A stretch of 64,000 nt of DNA from Squalus acanthias (lineage: Eukaryota): assembly GCA_030390025.1 (NCBI GenBank), contig CM059432.1:133922001-133986000 (forward strand), in the 5' to 3' direction. Positions 1 through 12,414 of the stretch are shown here, in pieces (position 1 is the first letter of the stretch; each line of letters begins with the position of its first letter). A program made the translations under genes and the position numbers. The notes under the pieces are model-generated. The model searched no databases. It saw only the letters and a program-made list of their open reading frames with translations, and was not told the origin of the DNA.

Positions 1-594
1 CCTTCAGGACTCTCGATCCTGATTGCAAAGAATACTATCTATCCTCCTAATTATAGAATCCGTTAGAAGATCTGTTAGTGGCAGCAATTTTAAATATATG
101 CAAATTAATGGAAATATTTATTTAAACTTTATGGCCCCCCAATATTGCGCTCCTGCCTGTGTTTGGGTGTTGGTCAGATGCAGCACATCCAATGCGTTTT
201 GCACCTGCCCTGAGATGAGGAACCCACCTGGATTTGCCGGGGTTCAGGTCATTAGCATGGGTCCCATATGTGCCTGGGGGAAAGGCCTATGCACAGAAAC
301 GGGGACAGAAAGTCAGTCGTTACATCAGGCCTGAGAGGCCACTGACTGTGGGGGCAATCTGGCTGTCCAAAACCACAACCAGAAGGCTTCCAGCCCCCAA
401 GATTCCAGCGAGGCCCTATGGGGAAAAGGGGCCACTTACCTTTTTATGCCTGCTTGGCTACGCTGTCTGCCTTTGTAAATCCCTCCAATCTGAGTAGGGG
501 GGCAGAGCAAGTGCTAGCAACGGCCTCCTCAGGCGAAGGTCAAGATGGCTGCCAACCGCTGTTCCCAGAGAAAAGCGAAGTGGGAGATGCCATT

Positions 595-1026
595 TATTCA
601 GGAAAGACTGTACAGGCTGGGGCTCATTAGGCTGAGGGGTGACCTAATAGAAGGATTTTAAAATTATGAAATGGTTTGATAGGGTAGACATAGAGCTGTT
701 TCCACTTGCGGAGGAGTCCAAAACTGGGGTGATAAATATAAGATAGTCACCAATAAATCCAAGAAGGAATTCAGGAGAAACTTCTTTACCCAGAGAGTGG
801 TTAGAATGTGGAACTTGCTATCACATGGAGTGGCTGAGGCGAATAGCATAGATGCATTTAAGGGGAAGCTGGATAAGTACATGAAGGAGAAAGGAATAGA
901 GGGATATGTTGATAGGGTGAGATGAAGCAGGATGGGAGGAGGCTCATGTGGCGCATAAACACCGGCATAGACCAGTTGGGCTGAATGACCTGTTTCTGTG
1001 TTGTAAGTACTATACAATTCTATGTA
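595..1026 (+). mobile_element. CR1 LINE 3' fragment (HER1-like)
   Basis: Decayed ORF2 C-terminus (ERL.RLGL..RLRGDLIE; FFTQRVVRMWNLL) followed by a CR1-type 3' UTR ending in ATTCTATGT. Confidence 0.85.
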
Positions 1027-2240
1027 TAATTCCGCCCCCCTTCCCCCCAAATCCACACAAACGGAATTCACCCGAAATTGCCCAAAATCGGCAAAAGCAA
1101 CACAAAAGATCGCGAAATTTAAACGCAAATTACGTCGAGCGCAAATTGAGTTTCCGTGATCTTTTGCACTGGTTTAAAAAACATCGCGCTAGAATCCGGC
1201 CCCACCCACCAAACTGGCCATGCCCCCAGGATGAATTAATCACCATTGTGAGTTTCTGCTAATTGCGCCTGTTTGCGGGGCTTCGATGAGGCTCTTAATA
1301 TGAAGCTATTTTTTAGGCGTACAGTTCTGGTCACCACATTACAGGAAAGATGTGATTGCACTAGAGAGGGTACGGAGGAGATTTACGAGGATGTTGCCAG
1401 TACTGGACAATTTTAGCTATGAGGAAAGATTGGATAGGCTGGGGTTGTTTTCTTTGGAACAGAGGAGGCTGAGGGGAGATTTAATTGAGGTGTATAAAAT
1501 TATGAGGGGCCTAGATAGAGTGGATAGGAAGGACCTATTTCCCTTAGCAGAGAGGTCAAGAACCAGGGGGCAGAGATTTAAAGTAATTGGTAGAAGGATT
1601 AGAGGGGAGTTGAGGAGAACTTTTTTTACCCAGAGGGTGATGGGGGTCTGGAACTCACTGCCTGAAAGAGTGACAGAGGCAGAAACCCTCATCACATTTA
1701 AAAATTACTTGGATATTCACTTGAAGTGCCGTAACCTACAGGGCTACGGACCAAGAGCTGGAAAGTGGGATTAGGGTGGATAGCTATTTTTCGGCCGGTA
1801 TAGACACGATGGGTCGAATGGCTTCTTTCTGTGTCGTAAATTTCTATGATTCTATGACTAATAGGCATGTGAAACTAGTAAATGGTTCTGTATACTTTTT
1901 TAAAGTCTTTTTCAGTTCTTTAAAATCAGGTTACTCACAAGTGGTGGACTCGACACTCTGATTAAAATGCTTATTTTTTGTGATAAACCCATTTTCAGCT
2001 GTATTAATCAAACTGCATCAAGTTACTACTCTTAAATATATCAAGGAAGATTTTTTAAAACAATTTTTAAAAAAAAAGCATATTACGTTTTAAAATGCTG
2101 CCTGATTGCGCTGGCTCATGGCAAATTTTGCGTTCGGCGATATGCAAATGAGTTTGAGCGGAAACTTGAGAAAAGAAATCACTTCTGAAAAACTTGTGCA
2201 ATTTTGAGCCGATTGCACCCACAGCGGAAACTCTACCCCC
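1027..2240. mobile_element. CpG-rich non-autonomous DNA element (Harbinger-type MITE), interrupted by CR1 1319-1857
   Basis: GC-rich ends around an AT-rich core; right end GGAAACTCTACCCCC resembles the termini of other MITEs here; left end unclear. Confidence 0.4.
1319..1857 (+). mobile_element. CR1 LINE 3' fragment
   Basis: ORF 1352-1774 (LERVRRRFTRMLP..SYEERLDRLGLFSLEQRRLRGDLIEVYKIM..FFTQRV..WNSLP) and (ATTCTATG)n-type tail. Confidence 0.93.
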
Positions 2241-3549
2241 CTGATTTCCAACAGCAATTTAGAATGTGTGCGTAATGTACCTATCGAAGTAAACAGTACA
2301 GACATGTTACGGTAATAAATTGAAAAAATAATCACAGACAAGAAAATGAACTGTGTAAGAGTTAGATGAAATTTTATTCCCCCCTTCTTAAACCAGGAGA
2401 TCCATGCACAATGTCGAGTGTTTCTCCCGTGCATTAAATAATAATAAAAAAAAATATTGCAAGACAGGAGATAATAGCAATCAGGACAGGTGCTTTGCAG
2501 AAATATGTTGATTTCTTGAGGGCTTTATTAGCTTGCCGTCTGCGCAGCAGTTGAGAGAAGGCTGAAGCCGGCCAGACGCAGCTGTCAGGGCCAACAGCTG
2601 CTGTTTTGGCCTGACTCTGCTTTTATTGCCGAACATTATGAGATTACCCAGGCTAATGCAGCTCGAGCTGGCCAAATCTTTTCAGGCAGTTTTGTCAACA
2701 GTGATTCCCTCTACCTTAAAGGTACAAAGTATGGGTCCTCCCTGGATGTTGCAGGTTGCCACAATAAAAGAAATTCGAGTGCCATCATTATTTCCCAAGC
2801 CCACTGCAAGCGTCAGGTTACTGCCAAGCAGCTTTGTGACTCGGATACCTTTCCTCGCTCTCATTTGTGTTGCTTGGTATTTTGTCCATTGCAAGGGATC
2901 GAGGAGGGAGCTCGTTGGCAGGATTTGAGTACGGTATTCTCATCGTTGATAAATACAAGTCTATAATAACTGTCAGAATTCATGTTAGATAAACTGTTCT
3001 TTTTAACAAGGAAGAAAAATCACTTAAAGGGAAAATATGGTTCACGATATTATTCTGCAAGCCTAAGCAAGGGCAATATCTGTACACTTACTGATGTTCC
3101 CTCAGTCACACATTGTTTTAAGATTTTACTATGCTGTAGAACTGAGTCTTGAGATAGCCCATTAGCAGACATTATGTAAAGAACTCCCCTGATGTGATGT
3201 CACTAGAGTGGAACTTCACCATGTCAACATAAAGATGAGCTTTATAAAAGTGTTAAGCTTCCAGGCTTGATCCAGTCACCAGCTCTATAGCATAAAAAAA
3301 TAAGTAACAAAGGGTGTCTGGGAGATTTCAGCATCGTATCTCCCTTTATAACAATTACAGGCATGTGACAATCCAGTACAAGACACCAAACCATCAAGCT
3401 GTAAATTCTGTAGCACCTATTGGCACCTGTGCTAGTAATAAGCTAATTAATCTTTGCGACCAAAGGGAGAAAGTGTATTCTATGCGACCCCAACAGTGTG
3501 CCACCCTCGCTGGTTAATGGAGTGTGCTCTATGGACGAGAACCAAAGAG

Positions 3550-3916
3550 GTTTGCAACACAGAAGGAGAGCATTCAGCCCATCATTTCTGTGCCGGCTCT
3601 CTGCTAGAGCAGTTCAAAACTAATCTCACTGCCGCACGCTCTCCCCATAGCCTTGTGCCTTTCTCTGCTTCAAATATTTTTCAAATTTTCCCTTCAAAGA
3701 TTTGATAGTCTCTGCCTCAACCATTCCCTTTGGTAAATCATTCCATGCTCCAACAACACTCTGTGTAAAGAAATGTCCCCTAACCTCTCTCCTCACTCTC
3801 TTAGTGACAGATTAGAATTGATTACTCCTTGTCACTGACATGCCAACTGGAGGAAATAGTCTTTTCCTATGCACTGTACAAAACTTCATAATTTTAAAAA
3901 CCTCTATTAAATCTTC
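3550..3916 (-). mobile_element. CR1 LINE 3' fragment, diverged
   Basis: Similar to the minus-strand CR1 tails at 10442 and 35590. Confidence 0.75.
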
Positions 3917-3919
3917 TGT

Positions 3920-3992
3920 TCAGCCGTGAATCTGTGGTAGCACTCTTGCCTCTGAGTCGGAAGGTTGTGGGTTCAAGACTCACTTCAGAGAC
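3920..3992 (+). mobile_element. tRNA-derived head of DeuSINE (fragment)
   Basis: CAGCCGTG..GGTAGCACTCTTGCCTCTGAGTCGGAAGGTTGTGGGTTCAAG matches the SINE heads at 31084 and 56700. Confidence 0.75.
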
Positions 3993-4318
3993 TCACTTTA
4001 TTCATAAAAGCTCACTTTATGCATAACTACGTTTTATTCATAACTAAGAAACCTTTTTGAGCACTGTGCCTTGTGATAAACTTTGTTTTTTGTACTGTCA
4101 TCAAGAAATGACAACAAATGACTGCTGATACTTGGCACAGTCAGTCTGTTGGCACACACTGTTGTTCTATATGTGCTGTTGTTCAGAACTGTCATCAAGC
4201 ATGATAAAACAATAATAATAGTCTGCTCGCTGAGGTGTTTTTCTCTTAAGCTGATTGCTCAAACATCTGCTTATTTCTCATCAGAAAGATATGGCCTACT
4301 TCTCAGTCGCTTCCTTAC

Positions 4319-4646
4319 TGGGGGGATATGCTGGTTCCTGGCATTGGAGTTATGAACACGGAGTTGTCGGAGGCTTTTGTTTTCAGCTTGATGAAAACTG
4401 GCTGTTTCTGATCCCTGCTGGGTGGAGCCCAGAGAATCCGAGTGCAGTCCGGTCGCAGTGCAATCCAAACAGAGTTCCCAGCTCATATTCAGAGTTCAGT
4501 TCGCAAATACCTGGAATTTGCCGAGTTCAGGCTTGGTTTAGTTTTGGCCCATTCCTGCAAATCTTTTAATCTCCATGCACAGAGACACAAAAATGGCCTT
4601 CAGCACGTGCGCATTGCCGTTTCCCATATCCCGTAATATTCCCCCA
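4319..4646. mobile_element. Putative MITE
   Basis: Imperfect TIRs TGGGGGGATAT / ATATTCCCCCA. Confidence 0.4.
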
Positions 4647-5427
4647 TCGTCATGGCGAACAGGGGAGGAACTCACTAATATCTGTGGATGCAGCCACAAT
4701 GGGGGAAAAAACCAGCTGTTATTATTATTCATAATTTTTATGATGCGAGAGGAAGGGAAAAAAATTCAACCCCAGTGATCAATAGTAGTAGGTGACACAC
4801 TAAGCCCTTCAGAGCTTAAAGTGGATCTATTTCTTTGAGCATCTGGTCCTTGACAGGTTAATGGGGCTATCCAGTCTCCAGTGGTTAATAGGGCAGCTAA
4901 TGATCTGTGGGGGTTTAGTGGGTATAGTAATGCCTGGTGGCTGGGTGGGGCGGTCCAGCCAGATTGTGAGCATCCAACCTGTAGTAACCAAGTGCATCAA
5001 CCCCTTGGCAGTCATGCCAAAGGCACCTGATTCCTTCTCATCGGAGAGGCAGCCCGTCCCTGGTGCTTTGGGAGGTGCACAATCCCTAATAGTTTTGCAG
5101 AGGAGGTCTGATCAGCTGCAGTCTTGTGTGGGTGAGGGGGGAAGATGTCCGATCCCTGGTGCTCTAATTGTGGCATGTGCCAGACTGTCTGTCATTATTG
5201 ACACCCTGATAGGTCCAGGGCCAATGGTCCCCCTAATTTATTTTTGGGTGCACGGCCCCTATGCACGACAGAGAGCTACACGGCCACGCAGCTTAGAGGG
5301 AACGTTGTCCAGGGTGCCTCTATCTGATTCTCAGAGTGACTGCGTTCCAGTGGGAGAGTGCCGTCAACAGCAAGGGCGCAGCTCTGGCACCATTAACAAC
5401 ACTCGTTAGCAAACTGCTGACCTCTAG

Positions 5428-5697
5428 AACAACAACAGCTTGCATTGATATAGCGCCTTTAACTCAGGAAAACATCCCAAGGTGCTTCACAGGAGCGCAA
5501 TCAGACAAAATTTGACACCGAGCCACCTAAGGAGATATTAGGACAGGGCTTGGTCAAAGAGGTGGGTTTTAAGGAGCGTCTTAAAGGAGGAGAGAGAGGC
5601 AGAGAGATTTAGGATGGAACCTCCAACGTTTAGGGCCGAGGCAGCTGAAGGCACGGCCGCCAATGGTGGAGCGATGAAAATCGGGTGTGCGCAATAG
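5428..5697 (-). mobile_element. L2 LINE 3' end
   Basis: Minus strand encodes ..SLSSFKTLLKTHLFDQA; L2-type 3' UTR with (TTG)n tail. Confidence 0.85.
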
Positions 5698-6257
5698 CAT
5701 TGGAGACCCAGGTTATCATTGGTTTCATGAGCGGTTGTAAGTTGCCTATTAAATGTGCAGAGCTGTTTAGTGCCATTGTGCGCTTGCATCACAACACATA
5801 AAAGCGCAGAGATGGACAGAGTGGGCTGCAAATCAATTCCCACATCCATTTATACGTGCTCTAAAGCTGCATACTTTGGAAGATTATATTATCTAAATGA
5901 CAGGGGAAACTCCAACACTTGGTTAAGAAAGAAAAAAATCACCAGCGAACACAAAGGTTAGGAACAAGTCGGTCCAACAACATTCTTGCAGATTATCATT
6001 AAGCAACTGCACTACCTGGGAAAATGGATCGCAGTTGAATAAAACAAAGAAAATACTTGTCATGTCCATGTTTGTAGCGATAAACAACAGCAAGTTGAAG
6101 CAACTTTGGATAGAGTTCTGGAGAGGGCAGCAATTGCTCAGAGTTCCTGTGGATGTTGTTGATCTTGACGCACTGGACCTCCAATAGACCTCCCGAGCAC
6201 AAAGTGAATCGGGCGCACTGGCGTGCGGAGGTCACAGATCTCACTGAACACTGAGGT

Positions 6258-6554
6258 CTTCTTCTTCTTTCTTATGGTAGTAGCAAAGCAAATCAAATGT
6301 CAATATCTAAGTCAGATATCCAGGCCAAAGCTTCCGGTGTAACAGCGTGGATATCTTGTAGGCTGCCTATGAATTTCCTCTGAGGGCAGTGCTCAATGAT
6401 GCGCTCCAGGGTCTGATTAGGAGCTTCACAGTCGCATGATGGGGATGCTTTAATCTTCTATCTATGGAGAAGGTGGCGGCATCTACCATGACCGGTTCTG
6501 TGGCGGTTGATGGTTGTTCACTGTTTGCGAGGAAGGTTTGATCTTTCAAGTTGT
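6258..6554 (-). mobile_element. Ingi/Vingi-like (I-group) LINE 3' end
   Basis: Minus strand reads NLPRKQ*TTINRHRTGHGRCRHLLHR*KIKASPSCDCEAPNQTLERIIEHCPQRKFIGSLQDIHAVTPEALAWISDLDIDI*; (AAG)n tail; 10-bp TSD ACACTGAGGT at 6248-6257 and 6555-6564. Confidence 0.75.
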
Positions 6555-6954
6555 ACACTGAGGTAAAGGTGACTGATGTTCCTCTGGCAGTAAGGAGAGA
6601 TTCATGGGGCAATCACCTGAGGACTCCCTCTCTCCTGATGACCCGAATTTATCCAGTGAGTAGCCAAGCCGCACACTTAAGATCCCCCAGTCCGCATTGA
6701 CTTAGCTGGCCACAGTCAGAGTGGGAGATGGGGCACCACAGTTGGCCTCAACACCTTGGTTAGATCTCCCAATTCTAATTGCTATTGGTGATCCCTGCTG
6801 AATGTGCCTTTGTGTGTGTGAGTTAACCTCGCCAGACGTACCATTTGTGTGTGATATCGCGTTGTGGAAAATGCTTATTATGTTTGCCCCCCACAGCACA
6901 CCACTGTAACTCATTGTTTATGAAGTGCTTTGGGATACTTCTGGGACACGAGCG

Positions 6955-7074
6955 CTCACCTGAAATTTGGGAGCTCGGCGAATCAGGCATACTGACCTTC
7001 GCCGCCAATTCTTCGATCTGTGCTCCTGTCAAGTAAGTCCCTGAACTGGGAGCGGAGTCTCCCAATTTCAGGGC
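6955..7074. mobile_element. Short MITE
   Basis: Inverted ends CCTGAAATTTGGGAGCTC / GAGTCTCCCAATTTCAGGGC. Confidence 0.5.
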
Positions 7075-7182
7075 GACTATATAAACGCACGCTGTTCCTT
7101 TCTACAAAGCCGGAAATATTGGCCAATTCTTTGAGAACACTATTGACGCTCCCCGTTTTGTGCATGTGCGCTATTCTTAAAT

Positions 7183-7910
7183 GGCCCAGAATTTCCTGGA
7201 GAGGGGCATCTCGCTTTGAACGGTGTGAGTTGGAAAATTTTTCCTCACCATTCAGCTCCAATTAATTTTGTGCTTCAAATTGTTGGAAGTGCGAGCTGAT
7301 AACGGGGCACCTGGGACCTCAGTGAACGAAGGGACCAATAGTGTATCTCCTTAACCAATGAGATTTCAGGATTGAGAAAGAGACAGAGGAAGGACTGAGA
7401 AGGAAACAGGGTGAATTAGAGTCAAATTAGGTACAGAAAGAGAAATAAAGAGACAGAAAGAAAGATTGGATTAAGAGAGAGAGAGAAAAGAGGCAGAAAG
7501 GAAAAGTAAAAAAAAAATTATAAAATTTAAAATTTAACAAACCTCTTGGAACAATTTACGACTTGCAGGAATGAGACTCCACAATTCAAATTGTTCCCTT
7601 TCTGGACCTCCGAGATTGGGTGGCATTGCAGGAACATAAATCTCGTCATTAAAAGGGTTACGCTGTTAAATACCAGCCCTAACTTTCAGCGGCGAATTTA
7701 ATTTGTTTTTACAGCACAAATGCAGCAATTTCTTGACACTCACGAGGAGGCTGAGGGTGAGCTCCGGTTTTCACGAGGCCAAATCGTCCAGGAATTTGTG
7801 GGGAGCAACTCACGGCGAATCTCTTCCTATCCACAAGTTGTTGGGTTATTTACACACTGTGAACGGCGTGTGCATTAACTCGCTACTATTTTCCCAGAAA
7901 ATTCTGGGCC
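7183..7910. mobile_element. Harbinger-type MITE
   Basis: TIR GGCCCAGAATTT / AAATTCTGGGCC with AAT on both flanks; purine/AT-rich core. Confidence 0.65.
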
Positions 7911-8209
7911 AATACTTTAGTTTGTGCTGGTTTTGACACTTTGAACCAGCATGACAAGAGTGATCATTCAGTTGTGAATGTGGCTTGTTCATATATTTAT
8001 CTGCACTGGCAGTCATGTTATGTCACAGCTTTTATCCTGCAGCAGGTGTAACTGAAGCACAATTTATTTGAATTTTTTAAATTAGATATTAAAAATAGAT
8101 CGACAATATACTATGAATGATGGTCTATGGTCAGTGCCTTACGCCTCCCACAAGCCATCACTGGAACTTTGTTGCTGATGTATCAGCATTACATGATCAG
8201 CCATACTGG

Positions 8210-8697
8210 GAACATAGGAAGATAGGAACAGGAGTAGGCCATTCAGCCCCTCAAGACTGTTCCGCCATTCAATGAGATCATGGCTGATTTGTACCTCAAC
8301 TCAATCTACCCGTCTTAGATCCATATTCCTTAATATCCTAACCTAACAAAAATCTATTGATCTCAGTCTTGCAAGTTTCAATTAACCCAGCATCCACAGC
8401 CTTTTGGAGGAAGAGAATTCCAGATTACTACTACCTTTTGCGTGAAGAAGTGCTTCCTGATTTCAGTCCTGAAGGGCCAAGCTCTGATTTTAAGATTGTG
8501 CCCCTTTGTTTTGGATTCCCCCACCAGAGGAAATAGTTTTTCTGTATATACCCGATAGAATTATTTTATTGTTTTGATCGCCCCCTCAATCTTCTATACT
8601 CAAGGGAATGTAAACCAACTTTATGCACCCTGTCCTCATAATTTAACCCTTTCATCCCCGATATCATTCTGGTGAATCTGCGCTGCACCCTCCTCCA
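8210..8697 (-). mobile_element. CR1 LINE 3' fragment
   Basis: Tail GAACATAGGAAGATAGGAACAGGAGTAGGCCATTCAGCCC followed by decayed ORF2 C-terminus. Confidence 0.85.
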
Positions 8698-9043
8698 ACA
8701 ACGACAACAACAACTCGCATTTATATAGCGCCTTTAACCAAGTAAAACGTCCCAAAGCGCTTCACAGGAGCGATTATCAAACAAACTTTGACACCGAGCC
8801 ACATAAGGAGATATTAGGACAGGTGACCAAAAGCTTGGTCAAAGAGGTAGGTTTTAAGGAGCGTCTTAAAGGAGTGAAGAGAGGTAGCGAGGCGGAGAGG
8901 TTTAGGGAGGGAATTCCAGAGCTTAGGGCCATGGCAGCTGAAGACATGGCCGCCAATGGTGGAGCGATTAAAAATGGGATGCTCAAGAGGCCAGAATTGG
9001 AGGAGAGCAGATATCTCGGAGGGCTGCAGGAGATTACAGAGAT
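8698..9043 (-). mobile_element. L2 LINE 3' end
   Basis: ORF 8814-9056 (RSTIGGHVFSCHGPKLWNSLPKPLR..FKTLLKTYLFDQAF); (TTG)n tail. Confidence 0.88.
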
Positions 9044-9193
9044 GATCCAAGACCAAGGGCTAAAGAATTCTTCAGGTCCCTATGGGGAAGGACATCACAA
9101 CTGCATGTGTGAAGCCTTCTGCTGTACAAATACTAAATCCCTTCTTTTAGTGACAATTCTTTCCCCATGGTTCGCAAATTCATCCAAAACAAT

Positions 9194-9439
9194 CGGGGTA
9201 ATTTTAACCTTTGCAGATGGGGTAAAGCGGGTGATAGTAGATCGGACGCCCGTTATACAGTCCGCTCGAGTGTCCTTTCCATCGACGTCAATATAGCCTA
9301 GTTTACCCCTCAGTTGAAGTTGAAGGTTCTGCCCATTAACTTCAAAGGAAAGGACAATCAGGCCAGGTGTACAACGGCCGATCCGATCCGATCCGATCTT
9401 GCCCGTCTTTTGCCATCGCCGAAAGTTAACATCACTCCC
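9194..9439. mobile_element. Palindromic MITE (Harbinger-type)
   Basis: Long imperfect inverted arms (GGGGTAATTTTAACCTTT.. / ..GAAAGTTAACATCACTCCC) with AAT on both flanks. Confidence 0.55.
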
Positions 9440-10276
9440 AATGTTGCCAACATTATTGTTTGTCAGTAAGTTATTCAAAGGATAATCCTCAAACAAAGAA
9501 ACATGACTCAGTCCCATTTTAAGTGCAGTTACACCCACGATTCCCAAGGCACGAAGTTGTAACCTGATCCATTGAAAGAACTGCGGAGCGCAACGCACTC
9601 ACTTTCACTCGCAAAGCCAAGCCTCAGACTTCCAGTGAAAGCATGGACAGCATTGCATCTGCCCGTCACTGTGCCTATTCCTTTATGTCGTATTTTGACT
9701 CCGTATTTCCTATGGGCCTTTTATATTGGCCGTCTTTTAAATCAGACTCTGATTTCAATGGGGGGGCTTATAACAGGTGGCCATTTTGCCCCCATCCCCC
9801 ACAACAGAAGTTGAATTTCACCCCCAATCAGTTCTAAACTACTTTAGAAAATATGAAAAAAATTGTATATGCATTTTATCTAATGTCAATAACTGAGATG
9901 GAACGACTCATAACCTGGATGATATTATTCACTCTGGTGCAAAGCGTCAGTGAGTTATACAGCTGCCATGTCTTCACATAAACCATCAGTATGCTTTGCT
10001 CTGGTAGTTGGAATAATAGAACTCAAAAACACCTTGAAGTGTTTACTTTTCTCGGCTGCTTGAAGGACAGCAGACAGATTTGTGAGATATCATTAAAAAA
10101 AACCAAAAGGATACTAAAAACAAAAAGAAATGCCGAGTGGAAGCAATGGGATAAAATAAATAGTTCATGTAGATAAACACATGACCTGATGGAAAACAAA
10201 TGACGTCCTTCCCCACATCACAAGCTGAACAATTTTCCTGAACCTCACCCACTGCCAAACCAATCTTTCTATTAAC

Positions 10277-10407
10277 ACAAAAGCAAAATACTGCGGATGC
10301 TGGAAATCTGAAAAAATACAGAAAATGCTGGAAATACTCAGCAGGTCAGGCAGGACCTGTGGAGAGAGAAACAGAGTTAACGTTTCAGGTCAATGACCTT
10401 TTGGCAG
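10277..10407 (-). mobile_element. Penelope-like element terminus with decayed hammerhead motif
   Basis: Reverse complement matches 15919-16054; core reads CTGCCAA-A-AGGTC-ATT-GACCT-GAAACGTT (CUGANGA mutated). Confidence 0.75.
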
Positions 10408-10441
10408 TGAAGCTGATTACCCCACATGACCTCTGAAGTCC

Positions 10442-10856
10442 TAGAATCATAGAATCATAGAATGGTTACAGCACAGAAGGAGGCCATTCGGCCCGTCGAG
10501 CCCGTGCTGGCTCTCTGCAAGAGCACTTCAGCTAGTCCCACTCCCCCGCCCTTTCCCCGTAGCCCTGCAAACTTTTTTCCTTCAGGTACTTATCCGATTC
10601 CCTTTTAAAAGCCACGATTGAGTCTGCCTCCACCGCCCTTTCAGGCAGTGCATTCCAGATCCTAACCACTCGCTGCATAATAAAGTTTTTCCTCATGTCG
10701 CCTTTGGTTCTTTTGCCAATCACCTTAAATCTGTGTCCTCTGGTTCTCGACCCTTCCGCCAATGGGAACAGTTTCTCTCTTATCTGCTCTGTGTCGACCC
10801 CTCATGACTTTGAACACCTCTATCAAATCTCCTCTCAACCTTCTCTGCTCTAAGGA
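10442..10856 (-). mobile_element. CR1 LINE 3' fragment
   Basis: ORF 10532-10762 (RTRGHRFKVIGKR..QRVVRIWNALP); CATAGAAT repeats at the tail. Confidence 0.9.
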
Positions 10857-10873
10857 GCATTGCTTTCAGGTTG

Positions 10874-11297
10874 CAAGGTTGTGGGTTCAAGTCCCACTCC
10901 AGAGATTGAGCACAAAAAGCTAGGCTGACACTCCAGTGCAGTGCTGAGGGAGTGCTGCACTGTCGGAGGTGCCGTCCTTTGGATGAGATATTTAGCCGAG
11001 GCCCCGTCTGCTCTCTCAGGTGGATGTAAAAGATCCCATGGCACTATTTTGAAGAAGAGCAGGGGAGTTATCCCCAGTGTCCTGGCCAATATTTATCCCT
11101 CAATCAACATCACAAAAACAGATTATCTGTTCATTATCACATTGCTGTTTGTGGGAGCTTGCTGTGCGCAAATTGGCTGCCGCGTTTCCCACATTACAAC
11201 AGTGACTATACTTCAAAAGTACTTCATTGGCTGTAAAACGCTTTGGGACATCCTGAGGTTGTGAAAGGCACCATATAAATGCAAGTCTTTCTTTTTT
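10874..11297 (+). mobile_element. DeuSINE (SacSINE1-like), 5'-truncated
   Basis: Box B GGTTCAAGTCC, Deu-domain-like GGATGAGA..CCGAGGCCCC..AAGATCCCATGGCAC..GTGTCCTGGCCAA, L2-like tail. Confidence 0.85.
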
Positions 11298-12138
11298 AGA
11301 AATTAACCCAACTACAAATCCTGCTTTAAAGACCTGCATATGCTGTGTAACAGGACCGGTTTTGTTAGGGTTGCTAACTCTGGTTGGACATATTCCTGGA
11401 GGTTTCATCACATGATCTCCTGACGCCAACCGCCCCACCCCCACACTCCCACCATTGGTTGCCCAGCACGTCGATCCTCACAGTGCACCGCCTTCCCCCG
11501 GCCAATCGGAAAGTCAATTTACTCTTCGTTACCTGATTGGACGATCCTTGACTGTCAGTCAAACAACCTTTTTGCCCATGTCCAATATTTTTATAACTCG
11601 TCAACAAAAGTGTTCAAAGAAAATGTTTTAAAAATGTAAAAGCCCAGAAATTCCTTACCTGAGCGCTGGCCGTTAATGCTGGTTCTGCGGGGAAAAAATG
11701 GTGGCCGACTCGCTTCCGGCTGCCTTCGGCGCGGGACCTGGTGGCTGCCATTTTGGTAAGGGCCAGCGTGCTGCCGTTGACAGCGCTGGCCCCTGAAATG
11801 TAAATTAGCAGATCGTGATGTCAATCGGCGTGCAAAGCCTGACTTGACGCCACGACTGCCAACTTAGACGTTTTTGCACATCATAACGCCGGGTCCTAAG
11901 CACGCACAGAAAAACGTGCGTGAAGCAGCCCTGCAGAGACGCTGTCAGTGCTTCTTAAAGGGACACACACATCTTTCAGGTAAGTTTGGATCTAAGGTTT
12001 TGGACTTGTAAAAAATATTTTATTGAAGTAGTGGCTTGGTGTAATAGATGTTAAATGCTTTAAAAGTGTGCAGGGAGTGCAAGGAGTGCTGCTGAATGCT
12101 TGCAAGACTTCAGATGGTAAAGGAAGGCCTCTGAGAAG

Positions 12139-12282
12139 ACAGAAAATGCCGGAAATACTCAGCAGGTCAGGCAGCATCCGTGGAGATAGAAACAGAGTTA
12201 AAATGTCTCAGGTCGAGATGCTGCCTGACCTGCTGAGTATTTCCAACATTTTATGCTTTTATTTCAGATTTCCAGCTTCCGC
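12139..12282. mobile_element. Penelope-like inverted terminal pair inside the Harbinger
   Basis: Perfect 28-bp inverted repeat 12151-12178 / 12217-12244; same family as 10277 and 15919. Confidence 0.75.
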
Positions 12283-12291
12283 TCACAGAGG

Positions 12292-12414
12292 GAAGAGGAA
12301 GAGGCAGAAGAGGAGGAAGCAGAAGAGGAAGAAGCAGAAGGAAGGATGCAACCCAGACAGTCCCTTTCTGGCCGGGATATCCGGGACGGAATCATCCACC
12401 TGTGGTACCAGTGA
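12292..12414 (+). pseudogene. Harbinger transposase C-terminal remnant (HARBI1-like tail)
   Basis: EEEEAEEEEAEEEEAEGRMQPRQSLSGRDIRDGIIHLWYQ*: acidic run then G..IRD.II motif typical of Harbinger transposase ends; AATAAA at 12507. Confidence 0.6.

Noticed and set aside
4861..5409. 182-aa ORF with ATG start
   Set aside because: No recognisable domain or splice context; probably spans decayed repeat sequence
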